Below are positions 51,171-62,807 of a stretch of 64,000 bases of DNA, one piece after another. The first letter of the stretch is position 1. Every line of letters begins with the position of its first letter. The DNA is from Neoechinorhynchus agilis (lineage: Eukaryota > Animalia > Acanthocephala). The notes under the pieces are model-generated. The model was given only the letters and a program-made list of their open reading frames with translations, had not been told where the DNA came from and searched no databases. Location: the NCBI GenBank assembly GCA_051530055.1, contig CM121341.1, positions 13,866,784 through 13,930,783 on the forward strand. The letters are read 5' to 3'. Position numbers and translations under genes: made by a program.

Positions 51171-51681
51171 TCGGCCGTGGAGCGATTGCCCTAAAGGCAA
51201 GGCCCTAGCAAACACACGTCCACATATTAATTCAATTTAAAAAGCTAACATTTTTCCAAGCGCATTATTTAGAATGCCAAAGCTGCGGTCTGAGTACCCG
51301 CGCCCGGAGCAGCATTTAAGTAGCGTGAAATTAATAAAAGCTCTTTTAAACAAAAATCAAGGTGCTGTCATCGCTTCGATGGCAGAGTTTTAAGTTCCTT
51401 CCGCCCTTTAGATGCACTCATCTGGGAATGGAGGTGTTAAAAGCCGAAAGAGGCTCACAACTCTTTACGGTTTAAAACTTTTCTTCTTTAAAAAATATAC
51501 TAGTGCAACGAGAAGTTGATTATTCAGATTTTGATTATCAAATATAGCGGATAACCATTATAACCAGACTTTATAAAAGAAAAATACTATTTAAGATGAA
51601 ATGCATAGCGGTTGTGTGAATCGCAAATTTGTTGCTGCGTTTGGAAAATCAGCGAAAAAATGAAATATATTTTTGCACTCA

Positions 51682-53187
51682 TCATTTTGTCCCACTGACG
51701 CCATCAATTTCGCTTTTCTTTGGTGGGGATATCCTTACCTTATCTATAAGTCCGAAATGAGCTGCTTCATCCGGCGACATATACTTGTCTCTTTCCATGA
51801 TAAGCGTTACTTCATCCCAAGTTCTCTTTGAATGTTTAGCATAAAGTTCAATCACTTTTTCCTTTATTCTTTTGATTTCGTCACTTTGGATGATGATATC
51901 CGTTGCTGTTCCCTGTAAATAAAAATGGGTAACAAATTGAATGGTTGAGTGTAACTGATTACCGAGATGTTAGCCGCGGACGGTTGATGGATCATGATTC
52001 GCGAATTTGGAAGAGAAAAACGCTGACCAGGTGATCCGGCGGATAATAGTAACGACGCCATGCTACATGCCTGTCCAACACACCAAGTAACCACGGGCGC
52101 CGAAATGTGTTGCATCGTATCATAAATAGCCAATCCAGCGGGGACTTGACCGCCTAAAAATAAATGTGGCTGGTTATTAGAATATCATTGGTATTGTAGG
52201 TAAAAGAAATTTAAACCCCATAGGATCTGCGAAATGTAGGCTTGTAAATATAAGAGGCATTTTGAAGTCTTTAATGAACAATCTTAGATCCTTAGTAAAT
52301 ATTTGGGTCGAAATCATTATTTCGTTCCCTTTGGCGTCGAGACACTCGGGTCGTTTGGGCGCAGGGACTGGTCAAGCAATTGTCTAAGAGATTGAGACGA
52401 ATCATTGGCGATCCGAGATCAGGAGCATTCCTCCAGCAAAACATAAATCTGGCTGAAACGCTGAATCCGTCCTTTCGACCGTTACACCAAGCGGTGGTGT
52501 GAATGTTGGTAAGATTTGGTCGAGACTAAATGCTATTTTGATTGCTATAAATTAATACATTTTAGTTGGATAGAAATGCTTTCAGAACAAAAAATCCGTA
52601 ATCTTTTCAACACAGACTGATGGTAACTCTTAAAACCTCGGTAAAAAAAGCGGCAAAATACGTCGAATTGCGATAAGATCACGATTTCGTGCCATTCCTG
52701 AGGCATGCGACAAATTGGACCATCGAATGAGGGAAGCGATTACAGGAGTAAGACTTTCCTCAGATAATAAACATGGCCTTCCAGTGAGGAAACGCCACCA
52801 GCATTATGCACCGGTTGCGAGCTAGGTCATGAATGATGCTGGAAGTAAAATAAAATAAACATAATTATCGACTTTTAAAAACGAAATCAACCTGGAGAAT
52901 TTATATAGAGCTGAATGGGCCTATGTGAGTCATCGGATTGTAAGAGGAGAAGTTGAGCAATGACTGAGCCTGCGACATTTTCATCGATCTAAGAAAACGA
53001 TTGTTCTGGGGAGAGCTAATAAAGAGGGACATACCGTGGTCATTAGACAAATTATCCGTTGTTTTAGAAGATGGGAGAATATATCAGTGTAGCCATTGTC
53101 TCGATTGTAAGTTCTAAGAGAAAGGTAGCCCCGTTGAATGACATCGGTTTTGAACCATCCTCGTAGTAGACGGGAAAAGTGCTGCAT
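51682..53187 (-). CDS. CLPP: Mitochondrial Clp protease proteolytic subunit
   Basis: [83 protein letters not shown]; canonical introns. Confidence 0.96.
52290..52520 (+). mobile_element. CRE-clade 3' fragment inside the long CLPP intron
   Basis: [11 protein letters not shown] and [29 protein letters not shown]. Confidence 0.8.
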
Positions 53188-53443
53188 TATGCTTTGTTGT
53201 TCCAGACCAGCAGAGAATCCGATGGATTGTTTCTTTCTTATATGTTTTGTTGCGAAGAGAGAGTTGTAAATGCACGAAGAAACAGCAAAGTTGAGTGATC
53301 GTTCGTTGCAAAAGGTCGTGGATTTATCCTTTAATAATTCGGCTAAATCCACAACATTTTTTCTCCCTGATAAAGACGCGATGCTCTGCGACTTTTGTTT
53401 CAATCTCACGAAATTATTGGCTTAAGCTTTGAATCGTTTTTAG

Positions 53444-54583
53444 ATGGCAAGATATGATATTAGCGTCCTTTGTACTGGAGGACTTACTCCTTGGTTCAAA
53501 CGACTTAGTCGTGCAGACGACGTTCATTCTTATTCCGGTTCTCTTCCTGAAAACATCGTTCATTTGGGCGAGAAGGTCGTCTTCTTGATTTGGCCAACGG
53601 ATCCGTCGCTGTTAAAGTGGACAGAGATTAGTGCTGAAATTCATTTCGGTCCTTTATGGAAAGAGCGGCAGACTCTAGTTCGAGTTGAATCTAGCCTCTC
53701 ATCCGGATGTGGATTCGAGTTCGCAGCAAACCAAATAGGTGACCAATGCTTAGTTTGTCGAGCTACACTTCCAACTGGAGAAATTATAGGATATTCTGTA
53801 ACATTTAGCATCAATGAAGCATTTAAATTGTCGACCAGTACTATTACGGTTCAAGAGCCCAAGCTTTCAATTTTGATTCATTTGAGCATAAAGTGTATTT
53901 GTAATACTGGTGCATTGATCGAACACATACAATTCGAGAACACCCATAATGCTGAAACCAGTCCTGACTTTGTATTAGCTCGTTTAAGCAAAGATCAAAC
54001 ATTTTGCATACTCGCGAAAATAAGCAAACAGCTCGAAGAAGGGGCCATTAAAAGTGATCCGATCAAATTGATGTACAAGCCATATTTGATTTGATCAAAA
54101 ATAGGCAGACTAACTTTCGATTTTCATCCTCTAGAGCAGGAAACGTCTTTCTCAATATCCTCGGATACATATCTTCAGCCAAAGACATCTGCAAATCGAA
54201 TAATTTCCGGTTGGTTAAAGGTACCGAAACTTGCTATCAAATTACCGAAGCCGTCCATCGAACTTACATCGTGGCCTAAAACGCCATGCGCTGTCCTACA
54301 CGCCTATCCCATTCGACTAATAGTTCACTCACATGATTTAAAAATAACCCACATACGATTAGTCTCTAACGATTGTCACGTAATTTGCTATAACGGAAAT
54401 GTTTCCTTTCAAATTAAGGAGTTATATAAGGACATCGCAATCGAGTCATTGTTGATTATTCTTGAGCCTGGTTTTCATAAAGTAGGATCTTTGGAGATTG
54501 ACTACACGGATAAAGACGGCCAAAGTTTAAGACACATTGAGTCTTGTTTGGGATATGTACTCGCCCATCCTTACGATGCTTGA
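53444..54583 (+). CDS. TRAPPC13/Trs65-like protein
   Basis: IVHLGE, QIGDQCLVC, IHLSIKC...IEHIQFE and IGRLTF resemble the recalled TRAPPC13 pattern; one in-frame TGA at 54092 lies in a ~50-nt removable segment. Confidence 0.6.
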
Positions 54584-55730
54584 AAAGTGGTTGCTCGCGA
54601 TGAACAAGTGTTTTAGTATTGTTGCCATGGTTTAGTTTTTAGTCGTTTTGTATCATTCATTTGTTGATTATGCTAAGATTTATTGTATATTCGCGATAAG
54701 GTGAAACTGAAGGTGCTCCAAAATTCCCTAGAGTAGACCAGTCGTTTTAGAAATCGGCAATGATCGCATTTAATTTCTTAAAAACTAAAGTCGTTTTCGT
54801 TTTTGTTGCTCTTTTTTCCATGAACTTTAATCCGTGAATTGGTGTGGACAACGACCTTGCGAAGCAGCCGAATTGATACTCCAATCTTCTATTGACCTTT
54901 AAGATCGAGATGAACCAGAAATTTTGAAAGTTGTAAATTTTAAATACGTCTTAGTTTAGTATTTGCCATTTAGTTAAAAAATCGTTATTAAATTAAAACC
55001 GTGTATATGTTCTAATTCAACAGTTCCTCACTTGTAGATATTAAATCCAGGCTTGCATCAGCATATAAGATTATGGTAAAGACGTTTTCTTTTTTCGTAC
55101 TGTCGACTTAATCCCCAGTAAAATACTACGGCTATCGCAGCGCTGACAACGATGCTAAGCTAAGGTTTCTTAATCTTCTGAAATGATTTATCAATATATG
55201 ATTTTAGGTACTTGAATCTTAGAATTTGATGGATGAAAATCAGGAACGGTCGATATTTTCTTAAAAGAAGTTGAAAACTAACGATATCAATACGGCGAGT
55301 TAGTAATCTCATTGTACACGCCACTTAATGGATAAACGATGCGAATTTAAAACCCGCGCTTTGGAACTAAAGTGTTGAAGGCTGCAAAGAATAGAATCTT
55401 TCTCCAAATTTCCTTTTGGGAACGCATCAATTCAACCTCGGGCAGTTAATGCATTTCGACTCGATCGGCGAAAGTACCCTAAGTATCTTGCGTCTCCTCA
55501 AAAATTGTAATTTTTTAAAATTTTCATCAAAAAACGACTAAGTGAATTTCAGAAAACGTGAAGAAATTTTACTGCTCGTATTCTCCTGTACGCTTGAAGT
55601 AAAAATTACAGATGCAAATTGTTTAATTTTAAAGCAATTGAAAATTTTCTAAAATGATTAGTTTGCTCTTAAGAGCTTTTAGTAAAAGTAAAACGAGACT
55701 TTAATATATTAAGTTGCTAATGCTCGACGG

Positions 55731-56780
55731 TCAATGTCGAACTTCAGTCGTAAGATTTCCCTCGAGTAAACTTACTAGACGTTGGCATTGACGATTGATT
55801 GTTTCGCTTTTCTTTTCCGAATCTGTATCATCTATGAAATGCCTTAGCTGTTCTACATGCCGACTGTGTTCTATAGTCACCACTGGAACATTTATGTATT
55901 GACAAAATAAGTCAAACTCGGACGAAGGTTGGAACACATCTATATGTGTGCCACACTGAGGACATTTGCAGGAAGAGCAATTAACAACACATCCTACTAC
56001 TGGTAGATTTAGTCTTTTGCAAAATTGGAATTGTCGTTTGACGTCGTCCGTTGAAATGCGATGAGCATGAGTGAAGAGCGGGATTTCCGAAAAAACAAGT
56101 TTAGGATAAAGGAATCGACTACTTTTACGTCAGGATGTTTCATATAAAGAATTCTGCTGGTCGTCTTTTGGAAACCCTCGTTCATTTACGAGTATAACAG
56201 CCGTTGGTTTTACAAGACCTGCCAGTGTAATGTGTTCATCACTTGTTCCTGGTGGCGTATCAACGACCATATAGTCCAATTCTCCCCAATCTACATCAGC
56301 GACGAGTTGTTGAAGAAATCCATTTTTACGTGGACCGCGCCATATCAATGCATCCGACGGTTCAATGAAATACTGTGAAGACACAACAGCCAAATTTTCT
56401 TTCACCATGACCGGAGACCAACCTTTGGATGTCTGGTAGACGTCGTTATCAGTCGCATTTAAGAGCTGAGGTATGTTAGGTCCACAAAGATCACCATCGA
56501 TTATCCCAACAGAATGCGATTCATCAGTAGATAGGCCGAGGGCTAAGAGGGTAGCTATAGTGCTTTTGCCAACACCTCCTTTACCGGACATAACCATGAT
56601 TCGATTTTGCCAAGCCGATATCGTATCTTTTATTCTCCTTAACTTCGCCGGATCGTTGTTAGATTGAGCTGATGCGCATTGTTGGCGCGATGGACATCCT
56701 TCACAAGCAGCAGCTTGACCTGGTAATCCAGCACTAGGATCTGAACTTGGACATGCGTTGGGAACATCATCTGTTGACAT
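55731..56780 (-). CDS. NUBP1: Cytosolic Fe-S cluster assembly factor NUBP1/Nbp35
   Basis: N-terminal four-Cys cluster (C..CEGCPSRQQC), MSGKGGVGKST, DGDLCGPNIP, IWRGPRKNG, VDTPPGTSDEH, CKCPQC. Confidence 0.93.
56066..56185. other. In-frame, stop-containing, inverted-repeat-bounded insert in NUBP1 (117 nt, ATG direct repeat)
   Basis: TGAACGAGGGTTTCCAAAAGAC vs reverse complement TGAAGAGCGGGATTTCCGAAAAAAC; removal gives AVILVNAHRISTDDVKRQ, colinear with the recalled AVIITTPQEVSLQDVRKE. Confidence 0.72.
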
Positions 56781-56900
56781 TTGAATAATTTGAGACAAAA
56801 ATGCAAAATCTGAAGACAATCTGAAGGAATTCCGGAGCATATTCGCCATTATGATAACTAAAGGAAACATAATTTAATGCGTTCAAATTAAAACTTCCGT

Positions 56901-59546
56901 CTATTCAAATTGTGTTACAGGTCTCCGTAACTTTGATTTATAGTCAATAAAGAGGGTCTCCATACACACAACCGCCACACATTGTTCTGCTTTCGACTTT
57001 GATGTATGCCAATTGATCGTAGTGTAATTCGAATCCAAAAAGCGTAGCTTAGATTTGAATACTCTTTCAGCCTCTGACTTTTGAATTGTCGAATATTCTG
57101 GTTTTTGCAATCCATGGGCATTAGCATACTCACTAAGAACCGTTTTCGGGTTGCATGTTTTCAAATGCAAACTTCTTTTCATCGATCAACAATAATCGTT
57201 AGTTCAGATGAGCAAGGTATCAAACCTATCGTACACAACGAATAGTTGCACAACTTCAGGTTCTTCAGACATAACTGAGTCTTTATCCCTACTAAAGATT
57301 AAGGCAGACATCCTCGTGTCTATAGGCACATAGTCCGGTGTATTGACATCGTATTTGCGACTAAAGCGTTGTTATACGATTAAGAATTTTTACGTAAATT
57401 ATTTTCGAAATGGCAATAGAGCCTAATGTGTATATTTTCAGGCTTAGAATATCGTTTTTCAATCCAGCTGAACAATGGTTATTCGCTAAGGTTTTTAAAC
57501 CCAAAAGTGGTATAAAAATCCAACAAATAAACAGTCAGAACCGCATAAACCCTTTTTGTTGTTGGGCACAAACTTCCGAAGTAACCATACTACTTAATCT
57601 AGAAAGAAAAAATCTTACCAAATATCCAGAATCGAAATGCCCATTCCAATACCAGCAGCCAGCGTATGTTCATTTTCGAAAGCTTTAAAATGTTTTAAAT
57701 TATAAGCGACATCGCTTGCTCTCAGATTTAAGTTTATAGCGTGGCGTAGAAATCGTTCAATAAGCTTATTTCCGTCGTCAGAAGATCCAAAGACGGCAGG
57801 GTTTTTTCGTGCCGATCTACCGATCATAACACTCAGTCCTTTGTTCTTTTCCATATATTCAACTAATTGTTGATGCCTTTGAACGGTATTTGAAACTCCA
57901 TTGATGGTTAAATTAAAATTTGGAAAGATATTATATAGTTTTTCAAATATTTGTTCATTGCATGGCGTTCTGTAACTTTGTTCAGGTGTGCGACCGTGCA
58001 CCGTAAGTCTACTTACTCCAGCGTTGATCAAACTCCATACAAATTCAATCGTTCGTTCATCCTTTTATAAAAACGATAGAGATTATGAAACAAAACAGGT
58101 AAAAAGACGCACTTTTTCAAATATTCGTATTTTGCACGAAACAGGAATCTTGAGGTTATTTACTTCAATGATGTGATGCTGAAAACGTAGGTCGAATTAT
58201 GAGTTTTTGTGAAATATAGGAGACAAATTCATTGTCAAACCTTACGGTCGCATCACATACGTTCTCTCTGTACAGCAGTTAAGATGGACCAAAGGGACGA
58301 AAGAGAAAAGAAGATCATCAATAGAAAACCTCGGGTATAAACAAATTAGAATTATGATGAGCATACTCTCGGGCATGACATATTTTATTGATTTGAAATA
58401 TACGAACGAGGTAACCTTGCCCTATCAGTCATTTTTTGTACGCTTTTACGGCGAAAAGGCGAGGTTATCTCGTTTATTATTTCAAATAAATAAAATATGT
58501 CATGCCAGGGAGTATGCTCATCGCAATTCTAAGAAAAAGAATTTTTCGCCTAATAAAAGGAGAAATTTTCTCTTGGTAGATTTGCATCCCACGGATTTAA
58601 ATTCACTGAATTATTTCCGATATTTCACGTCGGATAATTATGACATCTCTTCAAGGTTTGCCATAGCCTACATATTAGAAAATTTGTGAAACAATGACAA
58701 ACCTCGAGGAAATGTCAGAATTATCCGATGTAAAATATCGGAAGTAAATCAGTGAATTTAAATCCCATGTGTGGCAAAATTACCAAAAGAAAGTATCTTT
58801 AAGACAAATAGGAGAAATGACAACATCACATCATTCATCGACCAAGTTTTCAACAATCTAAATTCTGAAGTTTACGAAAAAGATTTAAGTATTTATAAGA
58901 GTAAACCTTCACTGCAAGGTCAGGTGTCTTCATTAATGCAGATCCCATACCAGCCTAGAAGATAATTAGAGCTGATTCGTTACGAAGGCGCAGAATTTCA
59001 CCAACATGAGTTGAGAACGGCTTAGGGCATCCCATATTAACATCGATACCAGCAACGTCGTTTTCACTAAAAAAATAAATTACAGAAGGAGACAAAGAGC
59101 AAGTGAACCTACACAATTTTGGCTGCTTTCAGCGCATGATCAGGATCATTGGTTCCCTTTTTAACGACAATCAAAATTCCTTTAAATCATGAGAACTAAC
59201 CAATTGTAAAATAACTCGATCTCGCTCATGCTCACAAGTCTGAAATAATATCTTTCCAGTCTTTGCAATCACAAAATTAACAGTTTTTGTTTCCTCTATA
59301 AAAAACGTATAGATCTCAAATGCATAGGTTTTCTCAATATTAACCATCAAATATCCTCGTACAGCACAGCAACGACTTATCGATTATTTCCTGGTCGAGC
59401 AAGGACGTAAGACAAACATTTATATTTCCACTAACATATGTATAAGCCAGATCAGCCCCATAATCCAAGACGGTCAAACGAAACGGAAGCGTTGAAGCGC
59501 GGACCATTGGTGCTGCAATTTTGGCTTCTCTCTTGTGTACATACAT
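56901..59546 (-). CDS. DUS2: tRNA-dihydrouridine(20) synthase with C-terminal dsRBD
   Basis: AAPMVRASTLPFRL..LDYGAD, GIDVNMGCPK, GMGSALM, IPVSCKIRI, LTVHGRT, VMIGRSARKNP, dsRBD PKTVLSEY...SKSKAEQCVA. Confidence 0.94.
58162..58842. other. GT-flanked, inverted-repeat-bounded insert in DUS2 (679 nt removed)
   Basis: Both ends carry T(G/C)AATGATGTGATG(T/C)TG; excision gives IVENLVNNLKIPVSCKIR, colinear with the recalled ILSTLVKGTRRPVTCKIR. Confidence 0.78.
58566..58795. mobile_element. MITE family B copy nested inside the DUS2 insert
   Basis: Long inverted arms; right arm gacaaacctcgaggaaatgtc.gaattatcc is shared with 13441-13500. Confidence 0.8.
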
Positions 59547-60169
59547 TCGATTTTTAATAAATAGGCGATCTTCAAATACAATTTCGCTTTAGACCGAAAA
59601 AGCGTTCATCGATACCATCCAATTTTGATGGACGATATTTTGTTCATCGATCGTACATGACAAACGGATAGCAACTGCGAACCTGACCACCACTTTACTA
59701 CGAAGACGTTCTCGAAAGAAACCAACAGAAAGCAGCTATGTGTGCCGAATGCGAAAGAAGTTATTAATCCGAAAAAAGTATTAGAAGAAAACCTGAGTTT
59801 TTTCGTTTTATGGCAAAGAAATTGAAATGATTTTATTTTAAATCCGATATTTCAGCACAATATTGTAAAGTTGTTAGTAAAATCATTTCAATTTCTTCGC
59901 CATAAAACAACCAATATCAACATTTCAATCTAAAAAAGTTATTTTTTGATTCTATTCAAAAAGAGGCGATTGCAAAAACTGACCAATAGAAAGTTGTGTG
60001 GTCGGAATCGCAGCGGCCCATTAAAAATTGATGGCTTATCTAACTTACTTTCTATTGGTTGGTATAGCACCTCAGATTTCAGTTGACTAATTTATTATTT
60101 AAAATATCTACACAGTCGTGTGCTTTTACCAAGGTAGAGGACGGATATTAACACTGTTCTTATATTAAG

Positions 60170-60470
60170 CTTGAAGTATGCATCTTGGCCAATGAATATG
60201 GCATCCATTATCAAGCGATCCAATCTGGACTCACTTCTGGCCAAGATGGCAGCCTTATCGATGGTCATTACGTGACCTTGTTGTGTAAATGGTTTAGTAT
60301 AGCGAAATTGGTGTTAGTTGCCTTTTCATAGAGTATGTTTATGTTCTTTGGTTCTTCTTTCCAAGTTGTTTGGCCTACGTGGGATTTACTACATTCGGTG
60401 CAGGGATTTTTTGCTTTTATGGAATTGTGGTGATTCCAGCAAAACTGGCCTTAGCTATCAACAGGAATGA
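60170..60470 (-). mobile_element. Penelope-like GIY-YIG endonuclease remnant
   Basis: PCTECSKSHVGQT and HVMTIDKAAILARSESRLDRLIMDAIFI (frameshifted). Confidence 0.7.
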
Positions 60471-60801
60471 AGTGCGGTCCATAATTATGAAGTGTTGAGA
60501 CAATCCGTGAGAAATGGAACACAGAACCATTTGATATGCGTGCATCAAAGTTCTGTCCCTTTGTTAGTGGCACTAATTTCCTTAAATGCCGTTTACGTAT
60601 CATGAACTCTTCTTCCTTGCAAATCATACAGATGAAGTCAGGTAAGGCACAAGATTGTGCCGAAATTTTGGATTCAATAAAAAATTAATTTTTACGCCAT
60701 AAACAAGCATGAATAGTTCAATTTTCAAACAGATTATAAGTTTGTACATACGTGAGGAGAGGCTTCCTTGCGAAATATTTCCATTCAATTAAATATGTTT
60801 T

Positions 60802-60955
60802 TAAGTGTGGCTTTTTTCACGGCTGATAATTTTGTTTGGGCACACAGCCCTGGTCTGTCCTGAGTCGTGTGCCCAGGGAAAATTATCAGCCGTGAAAAAC
60901 GACCACACTTAAAACACACAGAAGAGAAGTTACCGGCTGGTCCGACTTTAAAAAA
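60802..60955. mobile_element. Hairpin element family A copy with a 17-bp flanking direct repeat
   Basis: Inverted arms of about 50 bp, tail ttaccggctgg, A-run; tcaattaaatatgtttt at 60785-60801 and 60956-60972. Confidence 0.85.
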
Positions 60956-61310
60956 TCAATTAAATATGTTTTAGCCGGGAATTATGTTCACCAGAACTGC
61001 AATTGTTTAATTACGGGATGGGCACACACGACACATCTTAATACCGTGCGGCCAGTATAGTCCAAGTGGAAATACTGAAGGTGATGTATCATTGAGTTTG
61101 AACGACAAACAAATTGTAAATCATTAGTTATCAAATGATAAGTCATTATATTATTGAAACCTCCTGGAATCTTCCTTATTTTTGACATAAATGGATTTAT
61201 TTTCATAGTCGCATACGCATTGATGACTGCCGTTTTCGTGTTTACGTGTTGCTAATATACGCGAGCGATTTTTTAAACTAAGTATTAGCAGCTTTGTGGC
61301 TCAATATTAA

Positions 61311-62807
61311 ATGGTATCTATTGAAACATGATAACTAATTTTATCGATTTTGTTTAGGGCAACCATCTTTTTATCGATAGAAGTTCGAAGGGTCAGAACA
61401 ATGATCGAAAGGTGCGCCGATGGCATTTTTGCTATCTGCTCTGATTCTTTTTTGGTTAAAAGGGGAAAAAATTCGAGAGATTGTCAACTGAAATTGGGAA
61501 AACAAAACGTTCCTATCGCGGTCCCGATTCAGCTACCAAAATTCCCCAGGTCTTACCGCATTCTCGATGTCGCCTAAAATTGCTGAGATATCAGCGTATT
61601 CATGGATTCCTTGAGCTTCAGGAGGAATTTATTCGACGTTACAAAGAATTAGATTTCTACGAAGAAACAAATAATTTCGAGCGACTTATTGTGGAAGAGA
61701 TTCGCGGATCTCCGATGGCGGTCGGTAGACTCGATGAAGTCATTGATGATACGCATGCTATTATCTCCACTTCATTGGGGTATAATCATTACGTGAGCAT
61801 CATGAGTTTCGTTGACAAGGAAAAACTTTTGCCTGGATGTTCAGTCTTACTTAATCACAGGGTATGCTCATCTTGCATATTTAATAAATTTCATTGTGTC
61901 AATAAAGGTTCACTCTGTTGTTGGAGTTTTACCAGAGGGAAGCGATCCCATGGTGAGATCAATGAAGATAAATAAGGCACCTAAAGAAACTTATAATGAT
62001 ATAGGCGGTCTTGATTCTCAAATACAGGAGATAAAGGTACCTATTTTTAAAGTTTCGAATTTCCGATATTTTCTTTAGGAATCGGTTGAGATTCCTCTCA
62101 CCCACCCTGAATACTACGACGATATGGGCATACGTCCACCAAAAGGCGTTGTTTTATACGGTGCACCAGGAACCGGCAAAACCTTATTGGCCAAAGCTGT
62201 AGCCAATCATACGTCAGCAACATTTATACGTGTTGTTGGCTCGGAGTTAATTCAAAAATATCTCGGCGATGGGCCCAAAATGGTTCGAGAACTGTTTCGA
62301 ATAGCAAAGCGATACTCTCCATCCATTGTGTTTATCGATGAAATCGATGCAGTTGGTACTAAACGGTACTCCTCAAATAGTGGCGGCGAGCGGGAAATTC
62401 AACGTACAATGCTCGAACTTCTTAACCAATTAGACGGCTTCGACTCGGATGGTGACGTAAAGGTGATTATGGCTACAAATAGGATTGAGAGTCTGGATCC
62501 TGCTCTCATAAGACCCGGACGAATCGATAGAAAGATAGAATTTCCACTTCCTGACGAAAAAACAAGGAGAATGATCTTTAAAATTCACACAAGTAGAATG
62601 ACGCTAGGTGAAGACGTAGATTTTGATTCGTTCCTTCTAAGCAAAGACGATCTTTCAGGAGCTGACATTAAAGCGATATGCACAGAGGCAGGTATGTTTG
62701 CATTGAGGAAACGCCGGATGAAAGTTCTCATTGATGACTTTACGAAAGCAAAAGAGAGATTACTTTATAGAAGAAAACAAGGTTTTCCGGAAAGTTTGTA
62801 TATGTAA
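61311..62807 (+). CDS. PSMC1: 26S proteasome AAA-ATPase Rpt2 (regulatory subunit 4)
   Basis: ATG-only first exon, [61 protein letters not shown]; four canonical short introns. Confidence 0.98.

Noticed and set aside
55355-55445. MRSQKEIWRKILFFAAF resembling COX6A
   Set aside because: Too short, and no supporting exons could be assembled.
56781-56870. N-terminal extensions of the NUBP1 ORF (and similarly the CLPP ORF, 53188-53409) in the ORF track
   Set aside because: Homology and targeting-type sequence begin at the internal ATGs (56780 and 53187).
15833-58842. Translational bypassing (T4 gene 60 or byps-like) as the mechanism for the inserts
   Set aside because: Bypassing needs matched take-off and landing codons; the repeats are only 2-3 nt and the codons differ (TTA/ATA, AAT/CAT), so it is disfavoured though not excluded.
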